Shown: positions 39,022 to 54,956, numbered from the stretch's first letter. The stretch: DNA of 64,000 nucleotides from Octopus sinensis (GCF_006345805.1 NC_043017.1:5580001-5644000), one strand, 5' to 3'. Notes: generated by a model from the letters alone, not told the origin. Numbers and translations: made by a program.

Positions 39022-41876
39022 TATATTACATCACACACCATATATATATGTATGTGTGTGTGTGTGACAGGCTTACGGGCTTCCGCATAGTTTTCACTTA
39101 TCAAAATTCAGTCACAAGTCGTTGATCGACCTGGGCTTAATAGAAGACACTTGTCGAAGGTACAGCGCAGCGGGACTGAACCTGAAACCTCGTGGTTGCA
39201 AAATGAAGTGTGTGTGTGTGCGGGGTGTTTCTGGACAGTTTCCGCCGACCACATTCTACTCATAAAATATTAGTCAACCTAGGACTGCAGCTGGAGACAC
39301 TTGCTCAACGTACCGCACAGCGAGAACGAACCCGGAACTCAAACTCATTGGTTTCGAAGAGACCTTCTTGTCTAACAGTCATGCTGGCGCTTATAAAAGG
39401 ATGTAGACAAATGCATGATGAGGGAGAGAGAATGAGAAAAAGCGATTACTGAAGTGTGTGTGTAAAGAGAAAAAGAAGAAAACAGGAGTGTGAGGGAGAA
39501 CACAATAACAGGAGGTGGGATAAAACAAACACACAAAAAATGTTAGTTGTTGACTAAAGTTTATAGTATCTATATGGCCAGCACTAACAGTTATATCAAC
39601 GACGATGATGATGATCTGCCATTAAAAGGGAAGGTCACGCTGTACTTGTTGAAAAGTGATGCAGTTTCAGATATTTATAACTTGTAGCAACTAAACAAGT
39701 ATTACAACATCAAGCTATATAGTTTCTCCTCTATCTTCTTCCTTAGGCAAATCCTTAATGTCAGTTAGTCATACAAAAACACACATGCAGGTAGGTAGAA
39801 CTAGTGAGAGATAATGGTGTTTATTACTAAAACTATTTAAATGTAGGCTGGCGGCGGAGTTTGGCGGACACTGTTGTTGTTTATAGCCTTGCTGCCTTGT
39901 CTTGATCGAGGCATTCCAGTTACATTATTTTCCGTTTTCTAATATACAAACTACATTATGTAATATTTCCTTCTCGTGTTAGACGAGAAATATTTGGTTA
40001 CTATTTCAAGCACATTGAGTGAATAGGTGGAGACTCCCGCCTCATTGACGTACGTTTCAACCTTTTAGCCGACTGAATCAGTGAACCAGTTTTGGTTTAG
40101 ATTGAAGCTCATTTTGAATTTTAAAAAATAGGGGTTAAATGCGCCTTTAAGAGGCAGAAATTATTAGCAATTATGTCTGTTAATTTATTGAGAATAGGCA
40201 TGACGCGTACATTCCCCTAAAAAGCACGTTTTGTATATAGTTAATATAGTGTGCGTATTTTGGTGCAGACAGTTCTTTTCACAACACCGTACACACACAC
40301 AAGAACAATACCATTTTCCGCTGACCGTGTCAGGATAGATTAGAAGAATAGATTGAGCGTCGGACAAAATATCTGCAATATTTAGCTACAGCTTTTAGTT
40401 CAAATCCTTCAGAGACTGACTTTGCCTTTTACTCTTCTAGGGACAGAAAACAAAATAGTCAAACACAACTGCAATTGACAGTCTCTTCCGCTCAAATTCT
40501 AGGATTTGCGCCTATGTAAAAATATGGCATAATCGAAACTATGCCTATTCTATCTATATATCTGAAATTCCCTCGGTGATAACACGCATCGAAACAAACT
40601 CGAGGCTCTTGAGTAACTTAGCCTTTAGCTTTCAGATTTATGTACAAACTGAGATTACCAAGATAAGTTTCGGCTAGAATATGCCTAGAACTACGACTAA
40701 CTTAGTAGCACCACATGGAGAGACATTTAATGATGCTTTATATTACAGTCATACTTCGGACACCTAAACAGTTACGTGTATAAACAACAAACAAACATAT
40801 GTATATATATATATAGATAGTAAACCATTACATATATATATATATAATGGTTTACTTTCGTGTTAGAGACAGAGCAAAAATGATTAGTCGATAAAGAATT
40901 TTCTTCTTTCGAAACACAGCAAAGGTGGGTGTTATGTATTTACCGCACAAACTGAACAATTTAAATACGGTTAAGTCTATTTGCGAAAGAGAAGGGGATA
41001 GAAGTGTAGGGGGGGGGAACTATTTCTAGACCATGTACTAATAAAATAAAAAAACAATTAACGACAGTGGAAAAACATGGAACTAAACTAATATATTAAT
41101 ATTTAAAAAAAATGACTAATAGAAAAAAAAACTGACTAAGCCTTGTTGCGATTGGTCCGTTATTAGGTCATGTGTCCTTAGAGACATGCCTTGAGGTCTT
41201 GCCCCAGTAACAGCAATAGCAATAACAACAGCAGTAGTAATAGAGATTATTGTGGTGGTGTGACGAAGGTGGCAGCAAAGAGGAAAGGAGGAAGACGTAA
41301 ATAGCAGGTAACGCTGAGGATGAAGGTGAGGAAGGCGAACAAACTGAAGATCACTGTATTGACGATGGCGGCGGCGGCAATCAGCAGAGAAGATGGTATT
41401 GATAGTGGTGGAGGAAAAGCAGAGGGAGGCGGCGGCAAACAGCGGGAGATGATGGAGACGGCAACAACAGTTGCAGCCGTGGTGGTGTCAGCCTTGGTTA
41501 TTCGAAGGTGGTGTTGGCGGCGAAGGCAGCCAACAGCAGCCACAAATATGTGATGAAAATAGAAGGGAGAGAGAGAGAGAGAGAAGGAAAAAGAAGAAAG
41601 TACTGACCAAAAGAGGAATGTGGCGAAACTGTTATACATTTGTAAACAACTCATTTGATGGAGAAAAATAACCACAATCCACTGAAAGGAGGGTATCGAA
41701 CCACACATCTCTAACCAAATGTTCTGAGCATGTGTGTATATACAATCATATATATATATATATATACACACACACTATATGTAGGCATATATACACACAT
41801 ATCTCTGGCAGTACCCCAGCATGGTCACAGCCTCAAGGTTGAAACATAAAAGAATATATACACGCACACACCATCA

Positions 41877-41913
<37 letters not shown>

Positions 41914-41914
41914 C

Positions 41915-41945
<31 letters not shown>

Positions 41946-42367
41946 CACAAATACCCACGCAGAAACCCTCAGTGTTGGTTGAATCGAATTACAAGTGCGG
42001 CTCTTAGGCTAAAGAAGTGTTTATGAATGTAGAATACATTCTGTTAGTGATTTCAGTATTTTGGATGCGGTCACACCAGAGCCATTATCTTCAAAGGTAA
42101 TAACCGGGGCATTACCTTCAATCGAGTGAGAACCACCTATTTCAGTCTGGTACTTCTTATCGATCTCTATTTATAGAATGATAAATTTTGATTTACCTTT
42201 CCACGTAAAAGATACGCAACTCGCAGCAGTTTTAAACCGGTAATACAAAGATATGCACGCACGTGTGTGTACACATATGCGTGTGTGTGTGCGCGCACAC
42301 ATACACACACTTGTTGCGAAGCGAATGCATGTTAATTAGAATGATATTCTAATCTATATAATATAGT

Positions 42368-42489
42368 TTTCAAATTTTAGCACAAGGCCAGCAATTTCGG
42401 GGATGGGGATAAGTCGATTACATCGACCCCAGTGCTCAACTGATACTTATTTTAATCGACCCCGAAAGGTTGAAAGGTAAAGTCGACCT
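42368..42489 (-). mobile_element. SINE family A, 3' part
   Basis: Matches 35335-35420. Confidence 0.85.
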
Positions 42490-42599
42490 TATCTATATAA
42501 ATAATGTGTATTTATATACATATTACAGAAAAATATAAAGAGTTTATTATAAAATATATATCGTGACGGATGGTGTTTTAAGAGAAATCAATTCCATTA

Positions 42600-42920
42600 C
42601 AAAGTTGTAAATAATTCTCTGTGAAGTAATCAGTTTGGAAGGCTGAAAGCATCAAGAGGGATGAATGACAAAATGAAACTCATCGCTTATGAACTTGAAG
42701 AGAGTTTCCATATTGAAACAGCCCGCCTTTTCCAGCACTTCTATACCGGATATAAGATTTCCAACCAATGTTTAATGTGCACCACAGACACTTATAGCGA
42801 AATCTCAAGAGTGCCCATGTTTCAATGAATATAGTAGGGATATGATGATAGAGGCATCACAGATGCCAGCCTTGGTGGACACTTGAAGTCCCTATCTAAC
42901 CAGATTAGTTTCTCCGGTGT
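42600..42920 (-). mobile_element. Decayed RTE-clade LINE fragment
   Basis: Frameshifted translation STKAGICDASIIISLLYS.ETW...RFRYKCLWCTLNIGW...IEVLEKA resembles the RTE ORF region downstream of the RT domain. Confidence 0.6.
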
Positions 42921-43086
42921 CCCAATCGCAGCTGAATCCTTCTCAGTCTTTTAAGCTGATTCAATATATTAATGTTCATTTTGAAAACAATTAACTTCCT
43001 TGACCTTCTAAACTCTATTACACAATCTGGAAAGTGTTTATCAAAATATTTTTTTTAAATTATTTGACTTAAGCGTTAGTATAGAG

Positions 43087-43450
43087 CAATGGTTCTCAAC
43101 CGATTTTTTAAGGTACGGACCCCTTTGATTACTATCTATTCTGCTGGACCCCCATCGCCATTCGATGTTTAAAAGCTAGTTTTTATAAATATTTCTTTCA
43201 AAATTCTTATTCTGCTTTTCACACATCAACTTGTGATGGTTGAACTACGTAAAACCTTCGAGAAAGCTAATCTGGCTGTTTCTTACAATAAAGAAATCTA
43301 AATCAAAATTTTTCATAGACCTTTGAAATATTTCTGTGGATCACCAACTTACTGTTTTGCTTACACGTACCCCAAATCCCCCACCCACCACCACCACCAA
43401 ATCGTATATGGACATACAGGTGTCATATGGACCCTGGTTGAGAACGGCTG
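43087..43450. mobile_element. hAT-family MITE (Charlie-like)
   Basis: TIRs CAATGGTTCTCAACC and (reverse complement) CAGCCGTTCTCAACC. 8-bp TSD GTATAGAG/GTTTAGAG. Confidence 0.85.
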
Positions 43451-43588
43451 GTTTAGAGTGTCGTCTGCCTAACTATTGGAGTGAAATGAGAAGGGTGGGG
43501 TAAATAAAAACGATAAAATGTTTTTGTTAAAGACAGAGGGGAGAGAAGAAATTTTATTTTTAAATTGATCCAACCCCAAACCGTGTAA

Positions 43589-43813
43589 GTGCAGGTTCGT
43601 GGCTAGGGTGATGCACTCACAATATTACGATCGTGATTTCGATTCCTGGACCGAGCGGCGCGTTGAGTTCTTGAGCAAAAGACTTCATTTCACTTAGTCC
43701 CATTCAGCTAGCAAAACTGAGTATTCCTGCGATCGACTGGCGTCCCGTTCAGGTGGGAGTACATGCGCCACAGAAACCAGGAAACCGGCCTTGTGACTCG
43801 GGAAAGGGCTTTA
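43589..43813 (+). mobile_element. tRNA-derived SINE, family D
   Basis: A-box-like TGGCTAGGGTG and B-box-like ATTTCGATTCC. Loosely related copies lie at 24598-24803 (+) and 59986-60199 (-). Confidence 0.6.
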
Positions 43814-44519
43814 TCCTCTTTTTAAAACTGTGTAAACCGAGAGCCAATTGTGTGAATGTGTGTGTGCGTGTGTATGGACCACACACACACACACACAAAT
43901 GCAAGTTTTAAAAGCTTCCGACAAGTTACTGGATTAGCTGGGCTTTCGAGTATACTCACAACACGGTAGTTCTGTAATGAAATCCATCCACATTGAATAT
44001 TGCGAACTCAATTTGATGGAAAGGGAAAAAAAGTAGTAAAGACGAAAACCCAGAAACCAGTGAAGCCTTAATGCAAAATTCGGTTTCGTTCTGTACAGGA
44101 GATCAAGGACAATCTTCTTGTGGAACGTATTCGACAAGATTACCCTACATATTACTACAGCACAGTAGATCAAATCATAGTATTTTTAGCATTAACAGTT
44201 TGAATATTCATTTACGAGACAATCACTAAAGTCAAAGAGCGAGATCTTTATGCAGTCGTTCTATCTGCTAGAAATACTAGCCAAATGTCCTCAAATTACA
44301 CCAGGCCTACGTGAAAAGGAGGAAGAACACTGGATATTCTTAGATAACCCTCAGAAGACAAAAATGATCTTGGTTGAACGCATTTAATCATATGACTGCT
44401 TAATCAGGGCTGACCTGGGGCTAAACAACAACTGAAAAGTGAGCGAAATTATCTACATTCCGAATAACAAAATTTAATGTCAATAAAATGTTTACAAATA
44501 TTTATTTATCATCATCATC

Positions 44520-44555
<36 letters not shown>

Positions 44556-45145
44556 ATAACAGGAATACTAATTTTGGTAGACAAGAGCATGACACATCCG
44601 GAATGCTGGACCAATGGGTCAGATAATGTTTTTCAAACACCTCCGACGTAAACAGGACTACTACTACTACTACTACCATCACTAGTACAGAGTAACATGT
44701 TGCCATTATGGACAGTGGCCTGGACACCAAAGTCAAGCCCCTTTCTTATATGTAACTCGATCGCTTATAAGTCATTGTTCAACACCAGGATTTTAAAAGT
44801 ACAAAGTAGATGGTGATGATGATGATGATGACAACTATATTAACAGCAAAAAGGAATAAACAAAAGCAAAAGAAAAAGTTATTAATGCTGTTTTTTTTTT
44901 CTTTGTTCATCCCCTCCTTTCTCTATCACAATAGATTTATTTCCACACTGTAAATTGACTCTAGTTTACAAGCCAAATGACACGACTATTATTATCATCA
45001 TTACATGCAACTGACCTACATCAGAACTAAGTTGTTTATCACGCATATTAGTACCCAGAAAAAGAAAAGAAAAATCTAGGTTGTGCTGAATATCCTAAAT
45101 ACTTGCATGTATGTGTGTACGTATGGCGCGATATTTGTATGTATG

Positions 45146-45203
<58 letters not shown>

Positions 45204-46162
45204 AACTGGGTAAGGAAGTTGGAATTCAGTAAACAGCTGAACAAATATGTGTATGCTTTCAGCAGGTTTTCAACTCTCTTTAGAGGACGGCTATTACCTT
45301 CCCCATTCTAACACAGTTACTACTACTATTACTATTAAACTAATAATAATAATAATAATAATAACACACACCTTCCTTCTCTTCTTCCACCACAACACCA
45401 CCCTCACCTACACAGTTAGTTCACTTGCTGCTTTACTGTTTTATATTTTACATTCTTTTTTTTCTTCTTTGCCTTTCTCTCCTGATGCCAGCTCAGCTTG
45501 GGTATCTAATTCTAAAAAGAATGCCTAAACTTTCTTTCTCTCACTGCTCTGGATATGTGTGTGTGTATGTGTGTGTTACGGAAAAAATGACACGAGCTCA
45601 ATGACTTCTAATTTTAATATTAAAAAAAAAAAAAAAACATACAAAACTTTCTAAGATTTTCTGGTAAACAGGAAGGATAATAACATAACGCCACACAAGC
45701 CCGCACTCACATAATAAATCTAACACCATATCCGAATGTGAGTGTGGTTATATTATAAAAGAGAATTCCAAAATTATATAACCTCGTTCTAACCTACAAT
45801 CTCTCGTTTGGCGGCTTTTCAATCAATGAAACCACGTCTACACATTTTCTTTAAAACTTATATCCTCTATTTCAAACCAGGATTTGTCCTCAAAACTAAA
45901 TCTGCATTTCATAAAAAATGAGATCGTATTTTCGAAATGACTGAACACAAACTTGGATGAATCCGAGATTAGACCTTAACAAATACAGACATGCACAGAT
46001 AAGAATTTATTTGACTAATTAGTAAGAATGGTTCTCTTGGCCGCTGAACCTGTAAGAAATACAGAAATAGCAGCAAAATATCTCTGAAATAATTTTTTAC
46101 TTTAAAAATCAAGGAACATTTAATTTACATAGTGGAATTATATATATATATATATATATATA

Positions 46163-46554
46163 TACTCTTTTATTTGTTTCAGTCATTTGACTGTGGCCAT
46201 GCTGGAGCACCGCCTTTAGTCAAGCAAATCGACCCCGGGACTTATTCTTTGTAAGCCTAGTACTTATTCTATCCGTCTCTTTTGCCGAACCGCTAAGTTA
46301 CGGGGACGTAAACACACCAGCATCAGTTGTCAAGCGATGTTGGGGGGACAAACACAAACATACAAACATATACACACACATATAAACATACATATATACG
46401 ACGGGCTTCTTTCAGTTTCCGTCTACTAAATCCACTCACAAGGCTTTGGTCGACCCGAGGCTATAGTAGGAGACACTTGCCCAAGGTGCCACGCAGTGGG
46501 ACTGAACCCGGAACCATGTGGTTCGTAAGCAAGCTACTTACCACACAGCCACTC
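46163..46554 (-). mobile_element. tRNA-derived SINE, family B (CORE-like), well-preserved copy
   Basis: Minus strand: A box TGGCTGTGTGG, B box GGTTCAGTCCC, and CACCTTGGGCAAGTGTC resembling the MIR/CORE domain. Many related copies occur in the window. Confidence 0.9.
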
Positions 46555-47045
46555 ATATATATAAAGCAACCGCTAGGATGCTTTTGACCATAGATTTGCT
46601 CTATCGGGGTTGCACTGGAGGTAAATAACAATTAATGTTTGATAATTTATTCCTCGATTTTACTCGAAACTTAAACTTAGCTTTGATCTCTTTCCCCCTC
46701 CCCACTCTGATTCACGGTATGCAATAGCAAGAAAATCAGAATTCAGAGATCAAATCTCATACAACTTTGTATCTGTCCCCTTATCTCCAGACAATACGCA
46801 TGCCCTTTTCCTTAATGGCATGTCAACTTGGGGGATTTCTCAATTATCTCCCTTCCTCACATGGGGCTGCACGCAATTGCCATTTGGTGAGCGTGACATA
46901 GCATCTCGATGCAGAGATAGTTTCAATAAATCAAGAATTTAAGCTGTTTAGTATTTAATAGACAGCCGTAATTGTCTATGTTGTTTGTATATAAGCCACT
47001 GGTCACTCACGCTCAACCCATTTTGTTTACACACACACACACATA

Positions 47046-48200
<1,155 letters not shown>

Positions 48201-48946
48201 TATACATACATATACCACATATCCGAAAAAGAAGCACATTCTAAAGCATAGAGCAGGGATCCGTTACGCTTCCAGAGGCGAAGAGTTACATTTGTCTTCG
48301 GCTTTAGAGTCTGACGAGATGCCCATGAGGCTAAGCCCTTTGTGGATGTGGGACCATTGGTCACTCTATGGCCGGACATAGACTTAACTCTATGTGTGCG
48401 CGCGTGTGAACGAAAATAGTAATAATATACATATTACATATGCGCTTATATATTTACACACAAATGTACACACGATGACGCAAATCATGTGTGTCTGGAA
48501 TGGAACAAAGAATTGTTGTATATAAAAATATCAAAAACTGCTAATGATGCCTATGATATGAGAGTGTCATATAAACATCCTTGTACATTTAGAGACCAGA
48601 CAGCTCTCAGAAAATTAAAATACACAACCGCATTTGATTTCCTCCTCGGCCACATAATTAATTACAGGCATCACATGGAACCTTCTTCCCAGTCAAAACG
48701 ACTTATGACTCGTTTCATAACGTCAACACACATAAATGCTTATTTACAGAGTCTTCTTCCTCCAGTTAAAGAGAAGAGTTAATGTATAAATAAAATTAAA
48801 GCACTACAGCATGGTGGATTGTGAGTTCAACAAGCCTGTTGTTGTTTAATCTCAGGTCAGTCATATTCAGATAGAACAACGAGAAGTGTTCCAGCTGTAA
48901 TCATCTGTCTTCAGTGCAGTGTATGGAGACTACAATATCCCATGTA

Positions 48947-49165
48947 CGGGGGGGGGGCTGAGAAATTCTTGGCTTTGAGTAAAAGAAAATACAGAAGGAT
49001 CGATTAATTATGATTATATTCAACATATTCCCCTCTCAGATTCACACACTTATTGCGGCGGTCCTTCACTTTTCCTAAGTCCTGTAAAAGAATTGGAAGG
49101 TTGTGCCTCCAGCCAGGCCTTTCGCGACACCCTTTCCAGCAGTCCTCGTACCTTTCCTTTTCTTA
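48947..49165 (+). mobile_element. Mariner-like 5' fragment interrupting a SINE-like repeat
   Basis: TA|CGGGGGGGGGGCTGAGAAATTCTTGGCTTT resembles mariner TIRs. The flanking family-E repeat appears to resume after about 49170. Confidence 0.45.
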
Positions 49166-49969
49166 TTCAAGACAGTAGTGAGAGTTATATGAGGATGTTT
49201 GGCTGCTACTTCTAATAGGTCGAGCAACCAAATAGAGGTTTCCAACAAACATTTGTTTTGCAACTGCCCTAGCCAGTTCGGACAAGTTTTCATCAATTAA
49301 ATGTTACATCTTTGAACTTATATTGCTCATTCACTCCGCTAGAGTAACGGCAATATTTCCCTCAGATCTAGCATACCAGCTTGCAAAAAGATCGGACATA
49401 GTAGGTAATATTGTTCATATATACATTATGAATAAGAAAACAAAAACGAGATGGTCACGTCTGGAAAGTATCAGGACTGACCTGAAGGTAAATAAAATTT
49501 TATCTTCATCTACAAGAGAGAGAGAGACAGAGCCACTTTATCTTTTCATTATTGTAGAACATTGGGCTCTGAACATTTATGACTTTTAAAATATTTTAAC
49601 ACCGTAGAGAGAGCTAATCGGTTGAGATTTTGCGTGAAGTTAAAAAGTATTTGTTTTGTTCTAAGAAATGATCGCTTTACATTAAATTTAATGTAATCTA
49701 TGTATTTGTAAACAGGCGTAGAGTAAATATAGAATCTGGAAAAGAGAAAATTACATAGGCTACAGTCCGACAACTAATGGAAGCAAGGAAATAGGATACT
49801 GCATTCAAATAAACACAAAAATAAACTTTTGAAAGTTAAATTCTTTAATGCTCCCTTCAATGCTTCACACATCCAGCTTTGTCGACCGTCTACCATTCTC
49901 CAGTTTATCTAATCATTCGATACAGAAGTTTTTTCATTACCCCACTATTTCTCTCTCTCTCTTTATATT

Positions 49970-50002
<33 letters not shown>

Positions 50003-50623
50003 GCATGACTGTGTGGTTTGCTTACCAATAACAGTTTTCAGCAATCCCCCGTACGCTCCTATAACTTAACGATTCAGAAAAGATCGACAGAATTAGTACC
50101 AGTTTCAAAAAAGATAAAGACGCACGTTATAGTTCTCCAATAAAAAAAAATCTTCCAGCCTTTGAGTTCTGTGACACAATTACCTTCACTGTGACACAGT
50201 CAATATAATAGGTATTTTCAACTTTTTTCGTTCCATTTACTACTGTTTTGTCTATTCAGTAATGTGAGTTTACACTTTTGTCATAATAAAACAACCAAGA
50301 AATAGAAAATTTTAAATACTGTTTGAAAATATCATTTTAAGTTCATGTGAACTTAGAAACAGTACATACCATTGTCATTTTGTTTATTTATGAACTAATG
50401 AAAACAGATACCAGTATCAAACAATCTTCAAAACAGACGTCTATAAAATAGGTACCAGTAGAGCACCGGGTCGATAAAATAAGTACCAGTCGAGTACTGG
50501 AGGTTGATCTAATCAACTTACATTTTCTCCCGAAATTGCTGGGCTAGTGTCAAAATTTGAAACTGATATTTATTTTTCACGGTATGAGAAATTCTACTCT
50601 ATAGATTTTAACAATGTGGGGTA

Positions 50624-50680
50624 GATAGACTGGATTAATTTCACTCTGGTATCATCAGAGACAAGTTAATCCAGTCTATC
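50624..50680. repeat. 57-nt near-perfect hairpin
   Basis: 15 perfect bp (GATAGACTGGATTAA/TTAATCCAGTCTATC), 3 more bp, a 2x2 internal loop, 6 bp and a 5-nt loop. Confidence 0.85.
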
Positions 50681-53336
50681 ATTACAGTTAGTGGTATTCA
50701 TTTTATTAATCCCAGGAAAATGAAAGTTAAGGATGTCTATAAAAAGATTTTAACTGAAAATACAGATGGAAGGAAATAAAGACAATGAAACATTTAGTTT
50801 GGACACCACTCTTTCTGTCTAATATTTGTCCAGGGCTTTTGTTCGTTTGTTTGTTTGTTGTTCTTTTTTCTTTGTAATATTAGGTCATGAAAAGAATTAC
50901 AAGTTTCGTAGCTAAATAACAATTTCAGCTACATGGCATGATATGGCATGGCAAATGGTATTGTGTGTATGTGTGTGTATATATACATACATACATACAT
51001 AGTGTGCAAACTGGATGAGATGTTTACTAGATCACTAATAACCATCTGGCCAGCATAAACAACCAATTAAAAAGAAGACTGACAGATTTAGGTCATCCAG
51101 CTGTGGTGCTGGAGTCCTCAGAATAATTAACACATTATTTGAACTCATAACATGACACAGCATGATTTGGACAATAAAGATAAGAATCTTGTCGAAAACT
51201 CTTTCTCTATTGCATGTCTACATTCTATATAGTACATTGTGTGTGTCATAGTCTACGCGTGTATACATACATACATACATGTATGTATGTGTATATATAT
51301 ATATACACACACACACACACTAGATTTTCAACGTCTATATTTTACGTCGTACATTGTCTGAAGGTAGATTCTCATAAACGATGTTGACCTCATTTGTATA
51401 AAATGTCCTAGTCAGAATATGTAGACCTATACCAATTAAATTGCTATGTTAGACCAGTCTAATAGTCTTACTGAAAAATGTCGACTCAAGGAGAGGTCAA
51501 TGAGCCAGGAGGCAGACCTGTCTAAAATATGTAGACTAAGTAGTCAGTTTAAAAATATGTTATCAGTATGTTGTGAACTTTGCCTGAAGTTTGACTTATG
51601 CTGCCCAGATATAGGACACAGTAGCTATAGTGATGGTATGATCATGGGGATAGCAACTTCAGAATATCAGTGGTAAAATACAAAAGGAACAAAGCGAAAT
51701 AGGGAGAAAACGCCAAAGAGAGCGAGAGGGAGAGAGAATTGAAAATGTGAAGTTAGCTTCTTAAAGGAAAAAGAAGAAACAGGGGTGAGGGGAAAAGGTG
51801 TGTCTGTCTGGGATAATGATGCTGTGGGGCAGTAACCACGATAGATCAGTGTTACAATGGATCAGTTAGCTTCTACCTCTTACCACTTCTGAAGAGATGA
51901 AGTGGTGGTGTGATGGTGACGGTAGAGAGAGAGAGAGAGAACAAGAAAAAAAGAGTGAAGGAAAGTGTTAAATTAAAGGGAAGTGCAGCGCTAGGTCAAT
52001 GTAACCTGGTTTCTTGATAAGAACCTAATATAATCAAGGCGGCGCGGGGGATGCGGAGAAATATTTAATGAAGAAGACAGGCCTACTTCACACATAAACT
52101 TACATTACAACATAAGTGTTTGGTTAAGTTAAATCGTATATTTAATTTAGAATAAACAGACTGGTTTAAAATTAATTAAAGCAGTTAAACTCAAGGTATG
52201 AACAAATGCTGTGATTGTGAGGTGTAAGTGGGTTGATGGTGGTGGTGGGGGGATATTGGGTGAATATGGAACAAAGTACAAAGTTTACACCATAGCAGGA
52301 ACAAAAGGTATTTGAAATGGTACCACCACCACCACCACTACTACTACTACTACCACTAGTACTACCACTACCACCACTACTACTACTACTACAGTAGAAA
52401 TTGAAGGTAGAATTTACAAGTAAATATAACTGGGTACAAGAAAAGGTACAACCATGTATCGAGACGAGCGAAAGAGATTCGAAATGATCATGACCGAAAT
52501 TATTTGGTCACATGTGTTAAGAAAAGCACAAACGATAAACGCAGCCTGTTATGTAAAGGAAATAAAATGCTATACCCCGAAGGTAGAAGGTGTAAGCTCT
52601 TTAAGGACCATTGGCAACTAGTTGGTTTGGGGTGGGATGTTTAGTGCATCCCGGAGTAAATATAACAATTTTCAGTATCACTTCCCCTCTTTTGCGTACA
52701 GTTTGAAGAATTTATCATGCCCCATGGATAGATACTTCTCGATATAGAAACACTGAGAAAGAGGGGGGGAGAAAAGGAGTAAAAAAACCTAGAAGGAGAA
52801 GAGTATGAACAAAAAAAACAAATAGAATGATATGAGAGGCAGGAAATAGAGAGAGAAGAGAGACTGCTAAATAGGAAAAGAATGAGAGATTGAGAGAAAC
52901 CAAGTATGCTGTGGAGGGATAAGAGATTGGAAAACAAAGACATAGTAGGAGGTAGTTTTGAGAGGACGATAAGCACTAACTGGCTGGTCTAGTGACCTTG
53001 TGACATCAAACCACTATCACCACAGAGTGTGTGTGCGTGCGTGTAGCAGGTAAATATGGTGGCTGTTTCATATCGACAAAGAGAGAGAGTGTGTGTGTGT
53101 GTGTGTATTAAAACTGGAACAGAGATGGCTTTCACATTGTTTACTGTCTCAGCTCCTTGCGTAACATTGGCAAGGAGGGCGGCGTAGAGAAAACGAGGTG
53201 TTATAAACAGCTCTCTTACACAATGCGAATGTGTACGTACCATACATTTACATGTGTGTGTAATAAGATATACATATATACACGTAGATATATGTATGTT
53301 TTCAATTACACAGCTACACAATACATACATATACAT

Positions 53337-53367
<31 letters not shown>

Positions 53368-53423
53368 ATACATATACCTATGTGTATATGTATATCTTAT
53401 TACACACATGTAAATGTATGTAC

Positions 53424-53465
<42 letters not shown>

Positions 53466-54501
53466 GCATACAACTCCTAAGTAGATTGGTAGGGAAATAG
53501 CAGCTTAAAAGATCAATCAGTCTGTCTATCTGCTTAGCTATCTATTCTCTATGTATATGGATAGGTAACAAGGTATTTATTTGTCAAGTTACTTCAACTA
53601 ATATATTACAAATGAATACCTGCTGGTGTTAACCTAATATATGTCAACTCAGTCACACCAATTACAATGTGGCGGCATAAACAAGATAAATTGAGACCAA
53701 GGCTGCAGTCAACAAAAAACACGAAACAAACAAGAAATTATAAATAGAAGCAAAAGAAAAAAAGAAGGAAAACAAGTTATTTTGACCATTTTATCTTTGT
53801 AGCTGATTTATTTATTTATTTAATTTACTTGTACCAGGAGACACAAGGTTGTGTAATTTAATTTCTGAGATAATAGCTCTTAAAGAAAAGACTAGTCTGA
53901 AAGAGGGGGAGAGACTGAGAGAGGGGGTGCATAGAGAGAGATATTAGACACATGAGAGAGAAAAGACTGCATATACAAGGAATTATATATTTTCATTTTT
54001 ACTTAAGGAATTAATTTTACTTAAAAGAATCCACTTTATTTTTCTAGGGGTGTATGTATGTTTGCAATACTTATAGGGAACTTCTGTATCCAGCAGTGTA
54101 CACGAACTGTTGTGCCACTAAATTGTCCAGTTAGCAAGGACACGACACTCTACACACACAAATGTGTGTCTACAGTGCATATGTGTATCTGGGGTTTATG
54201 AATATGTGTGTGTGTGCGTGCGTTTACGTTTTTAACGCAATATTTACATGCAATTTATTATTTATAGCTTTACCAACTTCGAGTTCTACAGTTAAAAACA
54301 TGTATGTATGCATGTACGTATGTATGTATATATTACAAACACACATACGTATGTGTGTGTATATATATATATATCACATACTATATGTGTATGTAGTTTT
54401 TAATCCAATGTTTACGTGCTATTACTTATAGCTTTACCTATTTCATGTTCTATAGTTTACACACACATATACTGTGTATGTGTATATAGACACACAAATA
54501 C

Positions 54502-54539
<38 letters not shown>

Positions 54540-54541
<2 letters not shown>

Positions 54542-54669
54542 TGCGGGAGTGGGTGTGTGGTACATGACTCCGGGTTCAGTCCCATTGCGTGGAACATTTG
54601 GTGTCTGACTATATCTTCGGGCTGATCAAAAGAGGGGATTTGGTTGACGGAAACTGAAAGAAGCCCGTA
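54540..54669 (+). mobile_element. SINE family B, 5' part
   Basis: GAGTGGGTGTGTGG...GGGTTCAGTCCC...GACGGAAACTGAAAGAAGCCCG. Confidence 0.75.
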
Positions 54670-54699
54670 ATTATTTTATCAGGCTAAGTTGACCTCAGC

Positions 54700-54775
54700 G
54701 GAATTTAAACTATATATACATATACCCACACACACACATATATATATATACATATATATATTTATGTATATATAT

Positions 54776-54811
<36 letters not shown>

Positions 54812-54956
54812 CAAATACATACTATATATACATATATATATATATCAAATACGTACTATATAAATATATATATATCAATTCCATATATAAATATACATAC
54901 ACACCTATAACACACACGCATATATATATATATATACCGTGTGTGTATATATATAC

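Noticed and set aside
30160-39965. Several TTATGTAA D-box (PDP1/VRI-type) matches
   Set aside because: Expected by chance in DNA this AT-rich.
41230-41771. GC-rich 174-aa minus ORF and acidic/Gly-rich plus frames
   Set aside because: Degenerate trinucleotide (GGC/GCA/GAA) low-complexity sequence with no splice signals that fit the NR1D phase and no recognisable domain.
46495-46554. tRNA-like A and B boxes
   Set aside because: These are SINE heads, not tRNA genes; no cloverleaf.
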